DNA of 64,000 bases, taken from a phage. Shown here one piece after another: positions 57,980 to 64,000 of this stretch. The stretch is from sequence record PZ386965.1; one strand, given 5' to 3'. How positions within the stretch are numbered: the stretch's first letter is position 1; the number at the start of each line of letters is the position of its first letter. The position numbers and the translations under genes were made by a program. Under the pieces are notes generated by a model. It was given only the letters and a program-made list of their open reading frames with translations. It made no database searches and was not told the DNA's origin.

Positions 57980-58495
57980 ATGGCACAAATACTTCCTTTA
58001 AATACCGACTTAGGAGAAGACATGGAAGGGGCGTCTATTGACGTCCTTTTTACTCCACAGTTAGAAACAACCGAAACTTTAGTGTCAATAAATATAACAG
58101 ATTATGAACCGACACAAGGCATTACGGTAGATGGTAATCGTTTATATGGAACATATGAAAGTGTGTTTAGCTTTTCTTCGGATGCATTGAAATACCGATT
58201 AAATGATGATTTTGAAACCGCATCTTCATGGGATGATTTACCGAAAGATGAATCCACACAGTTATATTTGTGGAGAGCTCCTCAGAATCTTCGTAAAGTG
58301 TTTAGTTATACGGTTGAAATGATTTATAACTACCAAGAAGAAAGTTCATCAGGCGGCACAAGAAGTGACTCTGGTACAGAACCTCCACCGGCTCCAGTAC
58401 AAAAAACTCTTACTAAGGTTTATACAAAAACTATAGTAGGAAATTGGAGCAAATGGGCACAACAATTACGAAACTATGTTTATATGAGGCCATAA
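57980..58495 (+). CDS. gp5.1-like protein
   Basis: 171-aa ORF between 5 and 5.4. Confidence 0.6.
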   Translation: MAQILPLNTDLGEDMEGASIDVLFTPQLETTETLVSINITDYEPTQGITVDGNRLYGTYESVFSFSSDALKYRLNDDFETASSWDDLPKDESTQLYLWRAPQNLRKVFSYTVEMIYNYQEESSSGGTRSDSGTEPPPAPVQKTLTKVYTKTIVGNWSKWAQQLRNYVYMRP

Positions 58496-58497
58496 AA

Positions 58498-58791
58498 ATG
58501 TCTGGCTTAAGTTACGACCAGTGCGTTACAACAGGTCATGAAGCATGGCCTCCTACGGTAATTAACGCTTCTCAATCTAAAGTATTCACCGGTGGTATTC
58601 CTGTTCTTGTAGCAGGAGACCAAATAACACCTCATACAGAAATTAAAAAACCATACGAGACTCATGGAGGTGTTACTGAACCTCGTACATCTAAAGTATA
58701 CGTCACCGGTAAAAAGGCCGTTCAAATGGCTGACCCAATTTCATGCGGGGATACTGTTTCTCAGGCCTCGTCAAAAGTCTTTATAAAATAG
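58498..58791 (+). CDS. 5.4: PAAR-like spike tip protein gp5.4
   Basis: 97 aa from [41 protein letters not shown]. Confidence 0.75.
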   Translation: MSGLSYDQCVTTGHEAWPPTVINASQSKVFTGGIPVLVAGDQITPHTEIKKPYETHGGVTEPRTSKVYVTGKKAVQMADPISCGDTVSQASSKVFIK

Positions 58792-58799
58792 GAATTAAA

Positions 58800-60773
58800 A
58801 TGGCAAACACTCCTGTAAATTATCAATTAACCCGAACAGCGAATGCTATTCCCGAGATTTTTATCGGGGGCACATTTGCCGAAATCAAACAAAACATTAT
58901 CGAATGGCTCCACGGGCAGAATGAATTTCTTGATTATGATTTTGAAGGTTCACGCTTAAACGTATTGTGCGACCTTTTAGCATATAACACTCTTTACATC
59001 CAACAGTTCAGTAATAGTGCAGTGTATGAAAGTTTTATGCGTACGGCAAACTTGCGTAGTTCTGTTGTACAAGCGGCTCAAGATAACGGATATCTGCCTT
59101 CATCTAAATCAGCAGCACAAACAGAAATTATGCTCACATGTACGGATGCATTAAATAGAAACTATATCACCATTCCACGTGGCACTCGTTTCTTAGCATA
59201 CGCTAAAGATACTTCTGTTAACCCGTATAACTTTGTTTCTACTGAAGATGTCATTGTAGTTAAAGACAAAAATAATCAATATTTCCCACGTCTTCGATTA
59301 GCTCAGGGTCGTATTGTTCGCACTGAATTAACATTTGATAAATTAAAACCTATCATTATTCGTGATAAGAACATTGACCGTAATTTGGTTAAGTTGTATG
59401 TTGACGGGGCAGAATGGATTAACTGGACTCGTAAGTCGATGGTTCACGCCGGTTCTACATCAACAATCTATTATATGCGTGAAACTGTTGATGGTAACAC
59501 CGAATTTTATTTTGGTGAAGGCGAAATCTCTATTAACACATCAGAGGGTGCGTTAACATCTAACTATATTGGTGGCCTTAAACCTGTTCAGGGTTCTAAA
59601 ATCGTAATTGAGTATATTTCTACTAATGGTGCAGATGCTAACGGAGCTGTAGGATTTTCTTATGCTGATACATTAGCTAATATCACGGTAATCGATATTA
59701 ACGAGAACCCTAGCAATAACCCAGACTTTGTTGGGGCTGACGGTGGTGGTGACCCTGAAGATATTGAACGTATCCGCGAATTAGGCACAATTAAACGCGA
59801 AACTCAACAACGTTGTGTAACCGCTTCCGACTATGACACATTCGTTTCTGAGCGGTTTGGTTCTATTATTCAAGCAGTTCAAACATTCACAGATTCATCT
59901 AAACCAGGGTACGCATATATTGCCGCTAAGCCTAAATCTGGATTGTATTTGACTTCTGTCCAACGTGATGATATCAAAAATTATTTGAATGATTATAACT
60001 TAGGGACTATTACACCTGTTGTTATTTCGCCTGATTATTTGTTTATCAAAATGAATATCAAAGTTACATACGCGTTGAATAAACTTCAAGAATCAGAGCA
60101 ATACCTTGAAGGACAGATTATTAATAAAATTGACCGTTATTATATCGAAGATGTAGAAATTTTTAACTCATCGTTTGCAAAATCTAAAATGCTAACTTAT
60201 GTCGATGATGCAGATATTTCTATTATTGGTTCTTCGGCTACTATTCAAATGGTTCGCGAAGTACAGAACTTTTATAAAACGCCTGAGGCCGGTATTAAAT
60301 ACAATAATCAGATTAAAGATAGATCGATGGAATCTAATATATTCTCGTTTGATTCACACAGACCTAATCCAGAAAATGCAAACGAAACTATTAAATACGG
60401 CGTTCGCATAGTATCTTCTGACCGTAATGACCGTGGCATAGGTCAAGTTATTATTGGTCCATTTGCAGACGGTGATGTTGTTGAAAACGAAAATATACAA
60501 CCTTATACAGGTAATGATTTTAATAAACTTGCTGTTACTGACGGACGAAACAAATACTATTCAATTGGTGAAGTGAATTATCCTGCCGATTCGATTTATT
60601 GGAACATTGCTAAAATTGACCTCACTTCAGACCGTTTTGAAGTTCAAACAATTGAACTTTATTCCGACCCTGCAGATGATATTATTTTTACAAAGGATGG
60701 TTCTTTAATCGTATTTGAAAATGACTTACGTCCTCAGTACTTAACTATAGATTTGGAGCCTATTTCACAATGA
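58800..60773 (+). CDS. 6: baseplate wedge protein gp6
   Basis: 657 aa from MANTPVNYQL; T4 order. Confidence 0.9.
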   Translation: MANTPVNYQLTRTANAIPEIFIGGTFAEIKQNIIEWLHGQNEFLDYDFEGSRLNVLCDLLAYNTLYIQQFSNSAVYESFMRTANLRSSVVQAAQDNGYLPSSKSAAQTEIMLTCTDALNRNYITIPRGTRFLAYAKDTSVNPYNFVSTEDVIVVKDKNNQYFPRLRLAQGRIVRTELTFDKLKPIIIRDKNIDRNLVKLYVDGAEWINWTRKSMVHAGSTSTIYYMRETVDGNTEFYFGEGEISINTSEGALTSNYIGGLKPVQGSKIVIEYISTNGADANGAVGFSYADTLANITVIDINENPSNNPDFVGADGGGDPEDIERIRELGTIKRETQQRCVTASDYDTFVSERFGSIIQAVQTFTDSSKPGYAYIAAKPKSGLYLTSVQRDDIKNYLNDYNLGTITPVVISPDYLFIKMNIKVTYALNKLQESEQYLEGQIINKIDRYYIEDVEIFNSSFAKSKMLTYVDDADISIIGSSATIQMVREVQNFYKTPEAGIKYNNQIKDRSMESNIFSFDSHRPNPENANETIKYGVRIVSSDRNDRGIGQVIIGPFADGDVVENENIQPYTGNDFNKLAVTDGRNKYYSIGEVNYPADSIYWNIAKIDLTSDRFEVQTIELYSDPADDIIFTKDGSLIVFENDLRPQYLTIDLEPISQ

Positions 60774-63700
60774 CAGTAAAAGCGCCAGCAGTCACAAGTC
60801 TCAGAATATCCAAGTTGTCCGCTAACCAAGTTCAAATACGCTGGGATGACGTTGGTGCTAATTTCTACTATTTCGTAGAAATCGCTGAGACTAAAACGGC
60901 AGACGGGGAAACAATTCCTCCTGCCAGCTACAGATGGATAAATTTAGGATATACTCCTAATAGCAACTGGTTCGAAAGTAGCTTAGACCCATTAACTTCT
61001 TATATTATTCGTGTATCAACTGCCGCTGAAGGCTTCGAGAGATCTGATTGGGTATATACCGAAATATTTGAATCATTTCAGACTAACGCGTATACATTTC
61101 AACATATGATTGAAATGCAATTGGCTAACACTTTTATTAGAGAAAAATTTACAAATAACAACACGGCTTATGTCGATTTTAATAACGACACTATAATGGC
61201 AGCTCTAATGAATGAATCGTTCCAATTTAGCCCTGCTTATGCGGATATTTCATCTATTAAAAATTTCATTATTGGCGAAAATGAGTATCATGAAATTCAA
61301 GGTTCGATTCAACAGGTGTGTCATGATATAAACCGTGTTTATTTGATGGAATCTGAAGGAATTCTTTATTTGTTTGAACGGTATCAGCCTGTGGTTAAAG
61401 TCTCTAATGATAAGGGACAAACCTGGAAATCGGTTAAATTGTTTAATGACCGTGTAGGGTACCCTGTATCAAGAACAGTGTATTACCAAACAGGTTATAC
61501 CACGTATGTTCTTGGGTATGATAAATTATTTTACGGCCGTAAATCAACTGACGTTCGTTGGTCTGCTGATGATGTGAGATTTAGTTCTCAAGATATAACA
61601 TTTGCTAAAATTGGTGACCAGTTAAATTTAGGATTTGATGTAGAAATATTTGGTAACTACGCATCATTACCTGCTAACGTATCACGTATTGCAGAAGCTA
61701 TCGTTTGCAACGACGATTATGTATACGTTGCTGCTCGAGATAAAGTTCGTTTTATTAAAACTAGCAATGCCCCTATTGATTCAGACCCGTTATCTCCGAC
61801 ATATTCCGAACGTTTGTTTGAACAAGAAACATTTAACATCACAGGTAACCCTAAGGCAGTTTGCTATAAAATGGATTCTGTTGGCGGTAAAATATTTGCA
61901 CTGATTATCGGCGAAGTTGTTAATCTTAATGACGACCCGAGGACCACTCCTATTGTTGATTCTGCTGATAAGGGCGTTTACGTTCTAGACCATGATGCTG
62001 GCACATTTAAACGTGTGTTTGGTAATACTGAAGAAGAACGCCGTCGTATTGAACCTGGGTACACCAGTATGTCTACTGATGGTGTTGAGTTATCTATTTC
62101 ATCTAGTAATTTTAAATTTCTAGAATCGGATATTGTTGATGACCCAAAAACACAAATCAAGTACGGTTTAATCGGTGCTGTTAAATATGAGTATCCTCGC
62201 GAATGGTTGGCTGATAAACATTATCATATGATGGCATTTATTTCAACTGAAGACTCTCAATGGGAATCGTTCACTCCCCAACCAATGGAATACTACGCTG
62301 AGCCATTCTTTAGTTATTCTAGAAAGTCTGGTACTCGTTGTTGGATTAATAACTCGGACAAGGCCGTTGTAATTTATTCTGATTTACTTTACACTAAGGT
62401 TATTGAGAATCATCCACTTAGTTCTTCAGACCGTGAAGTTCATGAATATTGGAAGGACGGTGACTGTACAATAGTGATGCCTAACGTGGATTTCACCGGA
62501 TTTAAAAAATATGCATCCGGCATGATTTTCTATAAATCATCGGGTGAGATTATTTCTTATTATGATTTTAGTTATCGTGTTAGAGATAATGTTTCTATAA
62601 TTTGGAAGCCTACTAATATATTCTTAACAGCATCGTTACAAAACCAAGAAAAAGATACCACATGGACTCCTGTAGAAGAGAACGGCATTGCGGACCCAGA
62701 TTTACGACCATTGCTCACTACAATGATGCCGGAGTCTTATCTTTTAGATAATACAAACTTCGAAGCATTCTGCGAGGCTTATATTCAGTATCTTTCTGAC
62801 GGTTATGGGACCCATTATAACAACCTTTTGAATCTTATTAAAAATCAATATCCGCGAGAAGAACATGCGTGGGAATATTTATGGTCTGAGATTTATAAAC
62901 GAAACATTTACTTAAACGCCGAAAAACGCGATTTAGTGTCTCGTTTCTTTGAATCAAGAAGTTATGACTTCTATTCAACTAAAGGAACTGAAGCGTCATA
63001 TAAATTCTTGTTTAAAGTGCTTTATAATGAAGATGTTGAAATTGAAATTGAATCTAGTTCCGGGACCGAATATGATATCATCATTGAATCTGATTCGTTG
63101 ACAGAAGATTTGGTCGGACAAACCATATACACCGCTACAGGACGTTGTAATGTGACGTATATCGAGAGAAGTTACTCTAAAGGTAAATTACAATGGACTG
63201 TAACAATTCACAACCTCTTAGGTCGTTTAATCCAAGGACAGGAAGTTAAAGCTGAAAGACTCCCGGGTTTTGAAGGTGAAATTGTTCGTGGTATTAAAGG
63301 TAAAGAGCTTTCTCAGAACAACATCGATTACATAAATCGTGGTAGAGCATACTACGTAATGAAGATTAAATCTAAACTTCCATCATCTCGTTGGAAATCA
63401 GACGTATTACGTTTTGTTCATCCGGTTGGATTTGGATTTATCGCAATTACCCTTCTCACAATGTTTATTAACACCGGATTAACACTTAAACATGTTGAAA
63501 CCATTATTAATAAATACAAAAACTATAAGTGGGATTCTGGATTACCGACTAAATATGCAGACCGAGTGGCTAAATTAGACCCACAAGGAAATGTTGAGTT
63601 TGACCCTATTACAGGTAAAGCGATATATGAAATAGGCCCTATGGCCGGTCAAGATTATCCATTGCCTGAAGATTATAACGCTGAAAACAATAACTCCATA

Positions 63701-63868
63701 TTTCAAGGTCAACTTCCATCGGAACGACGTAAACTGATGAGCCCATTATTTGATGCGTCCGGAACAACATTCTCTAGATTTAGAGATTTGGTTGAACAAC
63801 GGTTAATCGATAATGTAGGAAATCCAAGAGACCCCGTGAATCCACCACAGGTTAAATTAGATGAATGA
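60770..63868 (+). CDS. 7: baseplate wedge protein gp7
   Basis: 1032 aa, same length as T4 gp7; ATGA-coupled to gene 6. Confidence 0.9.
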   Translation: MTVKAPAVTSLRISKLSANQVQIRWDDVGANFYYFVEIAETKTADGETIPPASYRWINLGYTPNSNWFESSLDPLTSYIIRVSTAAEGFERSDWVYTEIFESFQTNAYTFQHMIEMQLANTFIREKFTNNNTAYVDFNNDTIMAALMNESFQFSPAYADISSIKNFIIGENEYHEIQGSIQQVCHDINRVYLMESEGILYLFERYQPVVKVSNDKGQTWKSVKLFNDRVGYPVSRTVYYQTGYTTYVLGYDKLFYGRKSTDVRWSADDVRFSSQDITFAKIGDQLNLGFDVEIFGNYASLPANVSRIAEAIVCNDDYVYVAARDKVRFIKTSNAPIDSDPLSPTYSERLFEQETFNITGNPKAVCYKMDSVGGKIFALIIGEVVNLNDDPRTTPIVDSADKGVYVLDHDAGTFKRVFGNTEEERRRIEPGYTSMSTDGVELSISSSNFKFLESDIVDDPKTQIKYGLIGAVKYEYPREWLADKHYHMMAFISTEDSQWESFTPQPMEYYAEPFFSYSRKSGTRCWINNSDKAVVIYSDLLYTKVIENHPLSSSDREVHEYWKDGDCTIVMPNVDFTGFKKYASGMIFYKSSGEIISYYDFSYRVRDNVSIIWKPTNIFLTASLQNQEKDTTWTPVEENGIADPDLRPLLTTMMPESYLLDNTNFEAFCEAYIQYLSDGYGTHYNNLLNLIKNQYPREEHAWEYLWSEIYKRNIYLNAEKRDLVSRFFESRSYDFYSTKGTEASYKFLFKVLYNEDVEIEIESSSGTEYDIIIESDSLTEDLVGQTIYTATGRCNVTYIERSYSKGKLQWTVTIHNLLGRLIQGQEVKAERLPGFEGEIVRGIKGKELSQNNIDYINRGRAYYVMKIKSKLPSSRWKSDVLRFVHPVGFGFIAITLLTMFINTGLTLKHVETIINKYKNYKWDSGLPTKYADRVAKLDPQGNVEFDPITGKAIYEIGPMAGQDYPLPEDYNAENNNSIFQGQLPSERRKLMSPLFDASGTTFSRFRDLVEQRLIDNVGNPRDPVNPPQVKLDE

Positions 63869-64000
63869 TTCAAGTGTTATCTATCGTGCAATAGTTACAT
63901 CAAAATTTAGAACAGAGAAAATGCTGAATTTTTATAATTCGGTTGGGGATGGAGATGATAAGAACTCCATTTATATTACGTTTGGGCGTTCAGAGCCTTG
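63861..64000 (+). CDS. 8: baseplate wedge protein gp8 (N-terminal part, runs off window)
   Basis: MNDSSVIYRAIVTSKFRTEKMLNFYNS matches T4 gp8 N-terminus. Confidence 0.85.
   Translation, partial: MNDSSVIYRAIVTSKFRTEKMLNFYNSVGDGDDKNSIYITFGRSEP

Overview
This window is a T4-type (Tevenvirinae) myovirus genome segment, and the closest match I can recall is the RB69 type (903-aa family-B DNA polymerase whose N-terminus matches my memory of RB69 gp43). Almost all genes are on the minus strand in T4 order: DNA polymerase 43, regA, clamp loader 62/44, clamp 45, rpbA, 46/47 recombination nuclease, sigma factor 55, nrdH/nrdG/nrdD, endonuclease VII (49), nrdC, rI, tk, vs/regB, a set of internal head proteins, denV, lysozyme e, nudE, two tRNAs, 57B/57A, genes 1, 3, 2, 4. 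The plus-strand baseplate block 53, 5, 5.1, 5.4, 6, 7 and the start of 8 closes the window. Accessory content stands out against this backbone: (1) a four-gene sugar-nucleotide module (SIS isomerase, HAD phosphatase, fused sugar-1-P nucleotidyltransferase/kinase, Cys-cluster protein) sits where T4 carries gene 42, beta-gt and imm, and no alpha-glucosyltransferase follows gene 47; (2) about 20 copies of a roughly 45-bp early-promoter/stem-loop cassette flank small and novel ORFs; (3) an island between nrdC and rI holds three tandem ~320-aa coiled-coil-tailed proteins, a P-loop ATPase, a secreted peptide, a Pol-beta-type nucleotidyltransferase and a membrane protein; (4) a macro-domain protein, a GrcA-like glycyl-radical protein with a host-like GC-rich 3' half, a three-member small-protein family ending in WV(S/A)SSxxC, and two free-standing homing endonucleases (HNH and GIY-YIG) that share a Cys-rich module. 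All calls rest on reading the sequence and recalled family motifs; no database search was run.
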